From assembly GCF_009914755.1 (NCBI RefSeq), contig NC_060929.1: a stretch of 64,000 bases of DNA; one strand, 5' to 3'. Below the pieces are notes generated by a model. The model was not told where the DNA came from. It did not search any database and saw only the letters and a list, made by a program, of their open reading frames with translations. Shown one piece after another: positions 44,298 to 61,422 of this stretch (position 1 is the stretch's first letter; every line of letters starts with the position of its first letter). Both the position numbers and the translations under genes were made by a program. Origin of the DNA: the human T2T-CHM13v2.0 reference genome, Homo sapiens.

Positions 44298-46340
44298 ATA
44301 GTGATAGGTTTTAAGATGTTGTGTAAAACTGCAATATAGTTTTTATTAAATAAATAAATAACAATAATAACCTTTGTTAAATTATTGTCACTAACAACAT
44401 TTATGTTAAATGATGAATTTTGGATTAATATAGCTTATATAACTCTGGTACTGGCTCTTTGAATTATAAACTCCTTTGTGTGCTTTTTAAGAGTTACTTA
44501 GGTTCTTTTTTAAAAAATAGCATCCAATGTGCATGCTTAATCAGAATTATTGGACAAGTCAATCGCTTCCTAAGAAGTTTAAGGAAGACAACAGAAATCA
44601 CTAATTTAATTAAGAGCTAGAAGTCAGTGGAGATAATTATACGGGCCTGTCTGTAGTGAACTCTGACATGGGAAAATGACTTGGAAAGTCCTTGACCAAT
44701 TTTCAACAGTAAAATCAATGATAGGGAATGAGCTACTCACCAAGTTCAGTAAGTAAACAGTTATTAGTCCACTGCAATTAGGCCTGGGATCCATTACTTG
44801 TATTTGTAGGTAAGTATGTGCAAATTGCAGACCAACTTAATTTAATATTTGCTAAAAACGAAGGAAAGAGATTAAGCATTGAGAAAAGGAGACAGAAAAC
44901 TGGCACTGTTCCTTACCAGGTAAGAGATTTTTATTAAAACATAATATTTCTGTGTCTCAAGGCCTTACTTATGAAATAAATATAATTCTTGCCCTAATTA
45001 ACTCAAGGATTGCTATATAGTTCAACAGAAATAATTTTTATCGAAGTGTTTTTAAAGTTATGTGAGGAGATTGCAAGCCTCCTCTTCTTCTATATAACTT
45101 ACTGTCTTCCAGGTAATATGGACCAAACACTTTGCCTATAATAGCGCTAACTATTAAATCCTTGCTATGAAGCACATATCACTTCCATTGTATAATGAAT
45201 ACATGGAGAAACAAAAAGAGAGACACAGGGAAATTAAAACATTGAGAAACTGGTAAAAAATGACCCACACAGCAAGTGAGCGAGTCCAGATTCAAACACA
45301 GGTAGATCAATTATAAATATATTTCCATTATGCCTAACCCAAAATGGCTTCTGTGTTTTATCAGCTACCCAATCTCCTTTTCCCTTGGCTTCACTTCTGA
45401 TTCCAGCCATGGCTGTGGTGATCAGTTCAGTATTTGCTTTAGTTCTCTTGGTGCTGACAGTGTCTCAACCCAACCAACTGGTCAGGCTTTTTCAGTTCTG
45501 TGCCCTGAGAGTCCTGAAGGGTCCCATTCGGTATACACACAATGGTAGTTAGAGGTAGTAACCCTGGAAGACCCTCAATGAGTGGGGAATGAGAGCCCAA
45601 GGCCAAATGTCTCTTCCGGAGCATCCTCAGGTGGACAATTCTGGAAGGTATTCAGGGCCTTCCTCAGATGGATGGAGCCTTTATTACTGACAGAAATGAC
45701 CAGCTCAGTAACTTACCTTGGTCTTGGCTTCTCCTGCCTTCCCGTTTGACTTTAGCCTCACTGCGGCTATCTGTAACTGCCTCCCAAATAACTACTGACA
45801 CACAAATTCTTTTTCCAGGCTTTGCTTTCTGGAGGACCTCAATTAAGTGAACTAACCCAAAGAATTACAGGTGACCAAGTTTCAACTAAATTAAGAACTC
45901 TTAATATCAAGCACTAATAAAGGAAAGAGCTTCATTATTTCACATCTTGTGAACAAAACAAAAAGATAGAAATGGGAGAAAGTATTCACAGTTGTGGCCA
46001 CAAGGAGAAAGACTTTCACCATCTGGATATTCCTCCTCAGCACACATGGGGTAGTAATGAATACTATGTTTATGAGCCCTTAAGACAAAAACTAGTCTCC
46101 AGTGGGCTTCCATATTTATAGTTAATCTTGTTTTTACAGAGAATAATCTACAGACAAACAAGTAGGGGGCCTCAAAGCATAATTAGACCAAGCAAAAAAT
46201 TCTCCATACCAGCCCCAGGTACTGGGCTTATGTGGTACTTCCACTACCACATACTCACTGTCCTGGCTCCGTTTATTAAAATAAGCCTACTGCTGGGGTA
46301 TGCTTACCTCTAAGGTGGACAGAATAGAAAGACAGAGGGA

Positions 46341-46706
<366 letters not shown>

Positions 46707-47179
46707 TTAAAACCCAGTTAAAGGAGAAAGCAGGTCTCCTTTATATATATATGATATGTAATTATATCATCGGTCTATGTGGATTGCTGTACTAGGAAAA
46801 AAATATTTACTAAGATTAGAAATCAAACTATTTATCTGACTGGTTCATGCTGACCAATACAGGGTTACCTTGGGCCTATTATATATTTGAAGCCCCAAAC
46901 ATTTACTTTTCTGGATTCTGAACATCTCTGTGTCATTTTCTCTTCTATTTTCCAAAGGAAAAAAATTAATATTATACATCAAGATATTCCAACACTTGAA
47001 TGATTTCTCTTATCCCAGCCTCCAAGGTTAAATAATAGAAAAGAGCCACAAGAAATATTCCCTACACTACAATACTGACCGTTTTCTACTGTTTAAAATT
47101 AATATGAGAGCAAGGTTTCTGGGCATTCCTTAAGATGATTTCTATTAAATATCAATAAAAGGGTCCACTGAAATAGTAG

Positions 47180-47499
<320 letters not shown>

Positions 47500-47637
47500 T
47501 AATTGTAGCATTCTTAATCTGTCTTGCCACAGTACTCTCATTTGCAAAGCTTGGATGATATAATCTAATTGACACAAAGAGGATGAAATGAAAAATCTAT
47601 ACAAGCCTCCTGGCCCAATGTTCGGTATACTCTAGTT

Positions 47638-47673
<36 letters not shown>

Positions 47674-48465
47674 AAACAAAAAAAACAAAAATTATTTCTT
47701 TCTTCCATATGTAGAAATGAGAGACTTTACTTACTCCAGATTATACCAATGTGCATATTACTAAAATGATTTAATAATAGCTATCACTTAGTACTTATTA
47801 TTCATCAAGTACTGTAGAAAGTATTTTTTATGTGCTCTGTCATTAGTCCTATACTTTATTAAGTACACACATTATCACTATTTCACAGATTAAAAAAAAA
47901 AGTCCAGACAATCACCTAATTTACTAAGATTATACAGCTAGGTCTAACACAAAAGCCTAAGCTCTGAACCACATGGATATTTATAAGTATATAAATATCA
48001 CTATACTATTAGTTGATTAAAGATTTAACAAAAGGTCTAATGAAAAATAGTCCACAGATAATCACTAACCACTATTAGAGAGTCAAGCTAGAACATTCTA
48101 TCAAATTAACTAGAAATTCTGTTTTTTAATAAATATCGACTACTCAATAGTCTTAATCAATGTAGATGTTTTACCTATTAGAAATATCATAAAACTTGAA
48201 GCTCAAAATTAACCAAGTATTTCTGGCAGAAAAACAAGGACAAATGGAGAGCTGGCGGGACATTAACTATCATCTGAACTACTAAAATAGTTTTAAATGG
48301 GTTAATGTAACCTTTAGCACATCCACAAGGAAATGTCTCCTTAACAAGGAAGTCTAAGGGATAAGGTTTACTTTTTTGTTTGCTTGTTTGTTTTACCCTT
48401 CTTAGATCATTAAATTGTTTTTCCAAGTGACATACTACTGCCAGTAACTCAGTTTATTCTTAAAG

Positions 48466-48650
48466 TAGTGGTTCTCAATCATGGCCACACACAGTAATCA
48501 TCCAGAGAGCTTTAAAAAACCCTGATGTCTGGGTCCCATCCTCAGGGATTCTGATTTAATTGGTTTGGGCTATGATCTGGGTATCAGGATTTTTTTAAAG
48601 CTCCCCATATGCTTCTAATATGCAACCAGAATGGAGGACAACTGTCCTAA
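48466..48650. mobile_element. MER5A-like hAT-Charlie MITE
   Basis: agtggttctcaa...gattctgatttaattggtttggg...aaagctcccca...ttctaatatgcaacca. Confidence 0.8.
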
Positions 48651-50204
48651 GACCTATTACAGGGACTATACATTTCCCATACCTCTACCTTGATGCTCTA
48701 TGGAAAATAAAATTCTAGATAACCCAGAATTATTCTCAAAGTGGACTTGAGGAGCTACTCACCTATGCAGAGCTGTTGCTCTCTTTGCTGGTTTGTGTGA
48801 CAACCTGCTAGAAACTCTGCTTTGTCCCAAAGGGGCTTTAAAGAGATGTACGCTGCTTCACAACATGAGACAGAACTGCTTGCAACTTTTCTTTGCTCAC
48901 AAAGCAAATATTCTACCAATTTAGAAGGCCACTTAAACCACCCAGATACTATCCTTCAGAATAAATTGAATACAAAGGGATAAGTCTCCTAAATACAAAA
49001 TATCGTGATAAAAATAAGGTGCTTTGGTTGAAATACTTGGGTGTCTTACAGCAATAGAATATATTCTAAACAGTGAAAATCCTACATCTCCATAATTGTA
49101 TAATGCATATTAACAGATTCTAAGAGTTTTTAATTTGGAGAATAATGCCCTGTGGTAGAAGACATTCATTTTATAATGATTTGTGATTAAGGCATATCTT
49201 CAGAGTCTTAGACATATCAAATACATGATGGTAATTTAATATTTCTGTAATCATATGTAGTTGCTTATTGTTTCAGAAAACTAAATTGAAAAAGTATATC
49301 CTTTCTAATTTCTTCAGGTGGCTAATTAACATAAGAAAGTTTATTCAGATATTCTCATCTCTTTCTCCCTATTTAATTTCCACTTTCAAAAAAGATGGTG
49401 TGATTTGAAATAGTTCAAATCATCTAAAAATAGTTCTTTATCAGTTCCCATCAACCAAAGACTACTTGGAACACACTTGTAGTCAACAAAGTTAGGCTCA
49501 TCACTTGCAGCAAGGAAGACAGCATACCATGGAGTAATGAGTATATAAAAATTGGGGAGTAATGGAAGAAACACAGGGGGTTGGGGGCCTGGAGTGAGAA
49601 ATAGAGTAGTCTAGGTTGAATGATCACAGTTTGTAAACTAGGGAATTGCTGGAACAGTTAGTGTTCTCTTTAGAGAACCCTTGAGAAGCTACTGTTATGT
49701 CAATCTATCTATGGTATTACCTTGAAATATACGGGTCTGAGCGAACTAGTGCTATAAGTCTACAATGGGTATCATTCAGTACAATTTATCTGTTTTGCAA
49801 GGCATGGCACAATACGCTTTGAAAAGTTGTGGTTTCTGTTTCAATTCTCAGTTCCCACTCTAACAGACTGGGTGTCAGCAAAGACATTTTTCACTATAAA
49901 TATGTTAGTTGTATAAACATCTTGCCTGCTGGTTGTTCTATGGTAGATCTTTAATTACATTTCTAATCTCCTTTATGGATATTAGACATTGTACATTGCA
50001 AAAAAATTAATGAAAGATTTAAATTAAGTGCTTCCTCAGCATAATTCCTTGGCAAATTATCTTAGCTAGACTAACTCATTTCCTAAACCTATAACATGAA
50101 ACTCAAACATGAGTGCACACTTTCCCATCACTCAATTATATTGTCTCTATAGAATTGATCACTATTTGAAATTATCTTATTTATTGATCTATTATCTTGA
50201 AATA

Positions 50205-51975
50205 GAGGATGTCACAGAAATACAAACAACCATCAGAGACTACTATGAACACCTCTATGCACACAAACCAGAAGATCTGGAAGAAATAGATAAATTATTG
50301 CATATATATCCTCCCAAGACTGAACCAGAAAGAAATTGAATCCCTGAAAAGACCAGTAATGAGCTCTGAAATTGAATCAGTAATAAATTGCCTACAAACC
50401 AAGAACAAACCCAGAAACAGACAGATTCACAGACGAATTCTACCAGATGTGCAAAGAAAAGCTGATACCATTCTTACTGAAACTATTCCAAAAAACTGAG
50501 CAGGAGGGACTCCTCCCCAACTCATTCTATGAGGCCAGCATCATCCTGATACCAAAACCTGGCAGAAACACAACAACACCAAAAATCTTCACGCCAATAT
50601 ACTTGATGAACATAGATGCAAAAATCCCCAACAAAATAATAGCAAACTGAATTCAGCAGCACATCAAAAAGCTTATCCACCATGATCAAATAGGCTTTAT
50701 CCCTGTAATGCAAGGTTGGTTCAACATACACAAATCAATTAATGTGATTCATCATATAAACAGAACTAAACACAAACCACATGATTATCTCTATAGATGC
50801 AGAAAGGGCTTTTGATATAATTCAACATCCCTTCATGTTAAAAACCCTTAATAAACTATGCATAGAAGGAACATGCCTCAAAATAATAAGAGCCATCTAT
50901 GACAAACCCACAACCAACATCATACTGAATGGGCAAAAGCCCATTTGACTGAATGAGCAAAAGCCCAACTGACGTTTTCAAGGGGAACGCATCCAGCTTT
51001 TGCCCATTCAGTATGATGATAAAACAGGGCACCTTGTCTTGTCTTTTACCACTCCTATTCAACATAGTATTAGAAGTCCTGGCCAGAGCAATAAGCCAAG
51101 AGAAAGAAATAAAGGACATCTAAATAGGAAAAGAGAAAGTCAAACTATCCCTGTTTGCAGACGACATGATTCTGTATCTAGAAAACCCCATAGTCTCAGC
51201 ACAAAAGCTCCTTGAACTGATAAATCATTTCAGGAAAATTTCGGGACACAAAAATCAACATACAAAAATCAGTAGCATTCCTATACAACAACAACAGCCA
51301 AGGTGAGAGCCAAATCATGAATGAACTCCCATTCACAATTTCACAAAAAGGAATATAATACCTAGGAATACAGCTAACAAGGGAAGCGAAGGGCCTCTTC
51401 AAGGAGAACTACAAACCACTGCTCAAAGAAATCAGAGATGACACAAGCAAATGGAAAAACATTCTATGCTCATGGGTAGAAAGAATCAATATTGTTAAAA
51501 TGGTCATACTGCCCAAAGCAGTTTACAGATTCAATGCTATTCCTATCAAACTACCAATAACATTTTTTTACAGAACTGGAAGAAACTATTTTAAAATTCA
51601 TATGAATCCAAAAAAGAGCCCAAATAGCCAAGACAATCCTAAGCAAAAAGAACAAAGTTGGAGGCCTCACGTTACCCAACTTCAAACTGTTCTACTGGGC
51701 TACAGTAACCAAAACAGCATGATACTGGTACAGAAACAGGCACATAGACCAATGGAACAGAATACAGAGCCCAAAAATAATGCTGCACACCTACAACCAT
51801 CTGATTTTCAACAAGAAGGGAGAGGGCCAGGAAAAATAACTAATGTGTACTACGCTTAATATCTGGGTGACAAAATAATATGTACAACAAACCCCCATGA
51901 TACATGTTTGCCTCTATTGACAAACCTGCATATGTACCCCAAACCTAAAATGAAAGTTAAAAAAGGAAAGAAAAA
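50205..51975 (+). mobile_element. Older L1PA, 5'-truncated, with internal inversion and deletion
   Basis: ORF2 RT peptides ([24 protein letters not shown]); jumps to 3'UTR at ~51812. Confidence 0.92.
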
Positions 51976-54900
51976 TAGGATTCAAGAGAACAGATATTCA
52001 TGACCACAATCTCAGTGTGCCTCCTAGAATAGCATGTATCAGGCAGTAGGTGCACAATGACAACTTGTTGAATAAATTAGTAAAAATATTTATGTAATCT
52101 TATTATTTGATTTAACTTATTGATTAGAAAGACTTTTTGAAGTAATCTGATAGATAATATAATCATATATGTTTTAGATAATCTTAAATAGTCTTCAGAA
52201 CTCAACTAAATATCAATTTCATTATTGCAAAGTATATAAATTGTAAAGAAGCACTTATTAGAATTTTGCTCTTTTTTGCAGCTACAAGGGAGCAAAAAAA
52301 ATAATTTGATAAGATCTCAGGAGTCACTGGGAAAAAATAATTTCTGGTTCAATTCATTCATCATAGGTATTTTAGCAATCTATTTACAGTATTATTAGGT
52401 GGATATAGGAACAATACTAAGATAAAGTAATTTGTAAAGGTTCATGTGACTACAAAAGCACATTTATTATTCTGAGAGTTTTCTTTATTACGAAACATAC
52501 ATTTTAATACAACTAATGTTAATGATTAATGTGAGATTCTAGATGGTTTTTGTTTTATCTGCATCAAATGAGAAAACTTTTAGAAAAACATATTTTCTTA
52601 CTATGAGTTTTATTTACATATATATGTTTTGTAGTCATAAGTTTTCAACTTTTCATGAGTTTGTTTTTTCATGAAAGTAAGAGAGTAAGCAGAAAGCAAG
52701 TTTGAGCTTTCCTTTCTGTCACTTTTTCTTAACTCATAAACTAATTTTCAAATTAGAATTATTCAGATGTGCAAGCCTCCTTCCAGACTTTCAGAATAAG
52801 TCAACACAAAACATTTGGATTACCATTTCAAAAATCACTGTTGAATCTTGGTATTTATATTTTAAGTTAATACCAGAAAACTTTGCACAAAGTTTGAATT
52901 TATTATTAACTTCTAGATATCATTGTTAGAAATAACTTATTCAACAGTTGAAGATTGGTGGTAGCTATTGAGAATGACAAAATCATGAACTGGTAATACT
53001 GTATGTTGTAGATGAACTTGCTAACAAATCTTCTCCGCAAAGGTTTAATAAATTTGTTGACTTATATTCCATATAATTAAAAGTTATATAACCTATAAAT
53101 GGAAGATATGTCAAATCTATGTAATACAGATAGAACTGCAGACTTTAAAATTCTTTTTAAAACTTTTAATAATTATTAAGTTAGCCACATGTGAATGTTA
53201 AAGGGGAATTGCTTGCTCTGAGGAATTACCTTCATTTTGTGCACTCCAACAGTCACAGCTATTATAAGTTTCATATCACATATTGTTTTCTACACTGAAC
53301 ATAAGTGTACTATACCACAATCAGAATCATTGAACTTCTATTACAACAACTTTATTTATATAGTTCTATCACTCAAGTCAGAGTTAACTACAAGTATCAT
53401 ACACTTCTTTCAGTCTAGTCTGCCTATAAGGCTTGCAAATATAATAGTTACAATCAGGTTTTATTTTTCAACTGGCTAAAATTTGTAAAGAAAATTGAGC
53501 ATGAAGAGCATTAACTCTGATAAGTAGACTATACCGTCTTATACTTTACCTATAAGTGTAAAACATATTTTTCTGGTATTTTGACAGTAAAATGGTTTCA
53601 CTTGATTTTTTTAAATCAATGCTCATAAATAATCTTTTCCACCATTCCCAATTAAAAATATTACTACAGTAGGGAACTTTTGTTGGTTTGCCTGCCTAGT
53701 ATTTCTTCTCCCATCTATGGTAACAACAGTAAGTTTTCTCCAATTCATTCTGATTTGGACTGCTCCCACATAATGTTCAGGACTACTTCTCAACTATAGG
53801 GTGGCCACATGACCCACTCTGGACCAATCATAGCACCTCATCTCCTAGCACAGTTAATTGACACAAGGCTGGTCTCATGACTTAAGCAAAAGCAATCGTT
53901 TTTACTGAGACTAATATAGATTTATTAAGAGTTTTTCCACTAAAATTCTAAGATGAATGTATATAAGCTTCAGCTAACAGAAATCTTCTTCCTTGTCATC
54001 TGAAAAGAGCCTATCTTCAGAATGAAGCCAACATACAGAAAGAAGGAATACAGACAGAATGACAGAATTCTGATGAGATTATTTAAATCTCTTACAACTG
54101 AAGCATATCTCTTCAATTCCAGTGTTGTGTGCCAATGAATCCCTTTGTTTTTGTTTTCTTTAGCTGGTTTAATTTGTGCTTTTATTTCTTACAACTTACC
54201 GATTCCTAACCAATGCAACTTTGTATCCTTAAATGTAATATAAATACCAAATTCATGAAGTCATTAATTCTATTTGAGTTTCACCAGCAGATTCCATTTT
54301 TTAACTCTTTTGAGTATGTTTAGAATTAATGTACTAATATTACAGTGTAATTATTTTGGAAAATTTTTAGGAAAACATTTTATCTTCTTACTATGAATTA
54401 TATATATGTGTATGTATGTATGTATGTGTGTTTGTCTGTGTACATTATCATTAATGTTTAAGTACTGTGTTATGCTTACTAATTTTGTCCCTAGTGTGCC
54501 AGTTTTGTTTTGCTTAAAGTAACCAGTTGTTATCTTACAATTGTTCTTGTTGTACTAAATCCTCTGCTACAATTTCTTAGTCACTAGATTTTATCCAGGT
54601 TCCTCTACCTTCATGATATGGGATGATAAATACTGGATTCTTGAAAACTTTCGTCTTCTGTTTGCCTTCTTTCAGGTATAATCTCCAGACTTCTACCTGG
54701 GTTTTCTCTTTTCCATGGAATCTACACACCAGATTAGACTGAACTATAATATACTGAGGGAAGAAGGGGAGGAGCAAGCCAGTGGGTCTTGGTCATTGAC
54801 AGTGGAGTATTTTAAACTCCCTTGTACTGGTGTGCCTTACTGCATTGGTAAGCACTGTGGAGAGATGGAATGTGAATTATCTCCCAGAGGAAAGGACAAA

Positions 54901-55996
54901 AGGCTGAGCAAGCTCCTGATTAACTGCACTGAGTTGTCCAGGGTGTATCTCCTGGGCAAGGAAAACAACAGACCAACAGAGACTGCCCAACTTTTATTTT
55001 CAAAACAAGATAATTAAGAATGTTTACTAAATGGCTGCTGTGTGTTATTTTAGATAGTCTATGTATTACGCCCTAAACCAAGTAATTTTTTGCTTTATAA
55101 AAATCAATCTGGCAAAAGGATTAGCATATTTCCTCTTTAAATTTCCACAGTGATACTGATGTTGGCCTCTTGTTTCCTGGAAAAAGGCAGCAAACTCAGT
55201 TTATGGAATGGTTACTATTACTTGCTAGGACTGAGAAGATAATTTGAAATTTTACCAAGTTCTCTTGTATTTCATAATTCCTACTATACAGTAAATTATG
55301 CCTCAGGGAACAAGTTTTGTTTATGTTTTTTGGTTTTGTTTTTTGCAAGGCAAAAGTCTGTAGCAACTGAAGCTAAGAAGACCTCTAGTAAATTACAGCA
55401 ACATATACAGACTAAAACTTATGAATTGAAGGACATATTCAATTTGGCCTGACTTGTTGGAGTGAAAAGGAAAGATAAAGCTGAAATAGCTATCATGGAA
55501 CATGAACTAAAAGAGAGAGAGGGGAAAAGAAAAAGACTTTCCCGAATATCGCGCAAGAAAACAAAAATGAAACCACAACAAATGTATATTTTTAATAGCC
55601 CTTAAATTCAAATGCACCTCAGGGAATTTCACTTGGATCTTTATAAAATCATAATATAACGCCCATGTCTTACATTTGTCACTATATTTTTGCTACAGCA
55701 TTTACCAGCTGGAACCTGAGTTCTGCATAAGATGCACAGCCATCTGTAAACTCAGGCATAGTCACTAGGCTGCTGCAAAGCTAAAATCCACTATTCAAGC
55801 AGGAAAGAAGAGCAACAACTAATAGAAGAAGGTAACATAAAGGAAAAAAAAATTGTCTATGTTCCTACATAATCTGATTCAACTGAGTTAATCAGAATTA
55901 AGGTTCTGACAATTGAAGATGTGCTTACACACAACACCCAGTTTAACTACTTTACTAAAAATACCAGATCAATTCAGTCAACTAGTTAATTCATTT

Positions 55997-56002
<6 letters not shown>

Positions 56003-56029
<27 letters not shown>
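56003..56029. repeat. (GA)n microsatellite
   Basis: Direct reading. Confidence 0.95.
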
Positions 56030-57094
56030 CCTGATTGTAAGGTTGAACTAACCTGTGTTTGACTGAACTTTGTCAATTTTGGTCAAAAATAATCAAACCA
56101 GAACTGCATGTATCTGGATAAAGTTATTCAAATATCTTAATAATCTTAGCACTTCACCCAGGCTGTTAGGACAATGGCTTAAATGTGTTGGTTTTCCATA
56201 AATGCGTGTTGAATATTGTTACAAAGATGTCATGTTTCATCAAACAGTACCTGGTCAGTATTGAGATCCCTTTTAAATGACAGAGGGAAAAACGTCAAAA
56301 GATATTTTAGGTTCTGGGATACAATAGGTCAAATTTAATCACACAGACACTTTCATAATGTTTAGAATGTTTCAAAATAGTAATCACTCAGTTATTCATT
56401 ATTATAAAATATTTTAAAATGAAAGAGATATTATTAAAAGAATTTTAGTAACTGTATAAGAACCCCCTATAAAATGAGTACACATGTGTTAAAGCTAATC
56501 AGAATTGCTAATGAAATGACTTCTTTCATGATGGGTTTATTATGCCAAGCTAGTGCCTGTGAAAGTGCTGTGTAAACTTAATGCCTGATCTACCTGGTTT
56601 TGACTACTTATTAATAGATGTTTTGTAGTACTTTAATTAGGGCTTTTGGAGGCAACAACAAAAGGCTGATATTTATAACAAGACCTCTTCATATCTTAAA
56701 TTTCACAACACATGTGCTTTAACAAACCTGAAGTAAATTATAACTGTATAATCTATAATTTGGTATTAATTTCCAATCTTTCCTTTCTTGAAGAAAGCCT
56801 CAGTCCTGAAAGGCTAGAGAATTGACTTGGTCCTGGTCTTGGCACAGACTTAGTTTCTTTTTTCTCTTCTATTTATATCTTTGAAACATGGTGCCCTTTT
56901 CTGGAGAACCAGAAATGGATCATGTCAACTGAGCCATTTTCTTCCTATCAGTACAGAGCAGCTCCAGTCTCTGTCAGATACCAGTCAGAGTTCAGATTTG
57001 CTTCAACCACAAACAGTTACCAATTGTCCGTGAACTACTTTATTTGTTCCTATTGCTATTGCACAAATCTGTGCAATTAAGAACTTTTCTTTAA

Positions 57095-57262
57095 GGCTGG
57101 GTACAGTGGCTAATGCCTGTAATCCCAGTGCTTTGGGGGGCCAAGGTGGAAGGATTGCTTGAGCCCAGGAGTTCCAAGCTACAATGAGCTATGGTCATGC
57201 CACCGTACTCAGCCTGGGTGACAAGAGTGAGACCTCATTTCTAAACAAAATTAAAAATAATA
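57095..57262 (+). mobile_element. FLAM/FAM Alu monomer
   Basis: Single arm; TSD cttttctttaa. Confidence 0.85.
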
Positions 57263-59154
57263 AGCTTTTCTTTAAATAATAATTATCCTATTCAACCCAT
57301 CTAATATGATGTCCTTTCCCTGTCACTGGCAGAAAAAAATATCAAATGATCATTTTGATGATCAAGCAGACACAATTTTTTAAAAAGTCATGTTTAGCAA
57401 GAGTAATTTAAACAGAAAGCTTTAGGAAAATGCTGATTACCTCTGAGACATGGCACTATCAAACATGTGCAGAAAACTCAGTCTCTTCAGCAGCAGCATC
57501 TGTATTGCATATTGACTTTAAGAACTTAATATACTCTAGGACTATGACTATATATTGTGCGCAAAATATGGTCTGAGTTAGTTTTTTAAAAATGGAGGTA
57601 AGAGAGTCTATTCTGTACCTCCAAATGACTTCTGTTAAACCAGTTAACTTCAGTAAATACTGGTTTCCTCAATACTAAGTTGTAGAAATCAACTTTTGCC
57701 TCTTACATCACCAGATTGTTGTAAGGGTGTTGCAATAATATGGACATTGACTTCCTCTGAGGGAAGAAATTTGTAAAACATAAACTCACTAAACAAACCT
57801 CTTTCCATTAGAGGAATTGAAACAGGATACAGTCCTGAATAAGCCACAGTTTCAAAAAGCAGAGATCACTGGTGCAGGCACACAGGAAGCATGGCTCTAT
57901 AGCCCATTAGAAGCCATTTATTGTTTTTATATAGAATTTTTACCACAAAACAGACAAATTATTACATACGATAGGTTAAAGGTTTATAGTTAAACTCTCT
58001 TATAATTTATAGCTAACCAAGTTTAATGTGCATGGAAAGTTTCTTCTATTAATAGGTTATAGAAATTATTCTCTCAAGAATTTAGAATTGCATCTTTTAA
58101 CTTAGCTATCTTAAGAGTTGAATCAAACTGCAGTGAATAGTTTATCATATAAACTGCCATACTATAGAAAAGAAATATTCTATAAATTTCTAAACCAGGT
58201 GAATTTTCTTAATTTCCTGTACATACTAGTATAGCTCGTAACATTAAACATGGGCAATATATTCAATAGTATAAACAATAGATATTTATATAAGATGAGA
58301 AACAATTTAGCCCTGGAATACTCATGGCCACAGTGGGAATGACATCATGATCTTGGCCGGTTCCACTCTTCAGGGACCGATGCTGCTAGGAAACATGAGA
58401 AATATGAAGCTTTCCAGCCATTTGGGATGACCATTCTAAATTGAGAATAAAAACAGTTCCCAGTTGCAGTATGTCTTAGAAAAACAATAGAACATCTGAC
58501 CACTGATAAGAGTCTGCACAGAATAAGAATGGCTTTCCAACATCTTACATTAATGGCTTTTTGACGTCCACTATTTACATGAGAGAATTTTGTGTCCTGG
58601 TCCTCTTGGAAAGTGATTAGTCCAATTTACAAAACCCATTGAATACTTATTTTAATGTTCTGGTGTAGAATATAAAATTTAAAACCTCTTGATTTTTTCA
58701 AAGATGGATATCCTCTGAAATGTATTTTTCATAGTAAAAATATGGGAGAAAATAATGACATGGTCCTGAATGAACCAATTTCCCAATATTTTCTACTACC
58801 CAAATTTTTCTGTTTTATCGATGTAATTCAATGTATCTAAACCATTTAAGAAAATATTCTCTACTTAGTGGGTGGAAGAGGTTTTCATCAAATGAATCAA
58901 AGAAGTACAATGAGATAAACTATATTTCTAATTCTTAACATTGCTAGTTTAGAATAATTTAAATTCATAAAGTCTTATTAAAGAGTTTCTTAAAAAATAC
59001 AGTTTTATTACTGTCAAATTGCCTGTAGCATGGTATGGAAAGTACTAATAGCACTTAGGGCCTTGCATTCTATAGTAAATGCTTATCTTGAAACTGGTTC
59101 CACTAAATTACTTGAAAACAATGAATTCTCAAGGCAATTTAAAAATCCTTCTTA

Positions 59155-60605
<1,451 letters not shown>

Positions 60606-60639
60606 AGTTCCATAAAGAAAAAAAATAAAAATAAAATAA

Positions 60640-61160
60640 AACAAAAGATCAGGTTGCCAGAGGTTTGGGCAGGAGGAAGGAGGAATGAAGAGAAGGATTT
60701 GTAAGGCAGTGAAACTACTCTGTATGATCCTGTAATGGTGGCTACAAGTCATTATGCATGTGTCCAAACCCGCAGACTGTACACCTAGAGTGAAGCCTGT
60801 GGGAACTTTTGTTTAATGGATACAGAGTTTCAATCTGGGAAATGGATCCTGGTGATGATTGCACAACAGTGCAAATGTACTGAATGCCACTGAATGGTAC
60901 AATTAAAAATGGTTAAAATGGCAAAAATTTATGTTATGTATATTTTACCATGATTAAAAGAAGAGCAAGAAATCGGTAAACTATGGGCTTTAAGTAATAA
61001 TTATGTCACAATATTGGCTCATCCATTGTAGCAAATGTATAACACCAATGGGAGCTGTTAACAAGGGAAGTGGCGGGTGGTTAGTGGGTATCTGGGAACT
61101 CAGTACTTTCTGCTCAATTTTTATGTAAACCTAAAATTGCCCCAAATATAAAGTCTATTA
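60640..61160 (+). mobile_element. L1MC/L1MB 3'UTR fragments
   Basis: ggcagtgaaactactctgtatgat; gtactgaatgccactgaa; ctttctgctcaatttttatgtaaacctaaaa. Confidence 0.75.

Positions 61161-61422
<262 letters not shown>

Noticed and set aside
54700-59100. Long apparently unique stretch with a 100-aa ORF (54715-55017) and scattered CRE-like motifs
   Set aside because: No recognisable homology or exon structure; enhancer or lncRNA status cannot be judged without conservation or chromatin data
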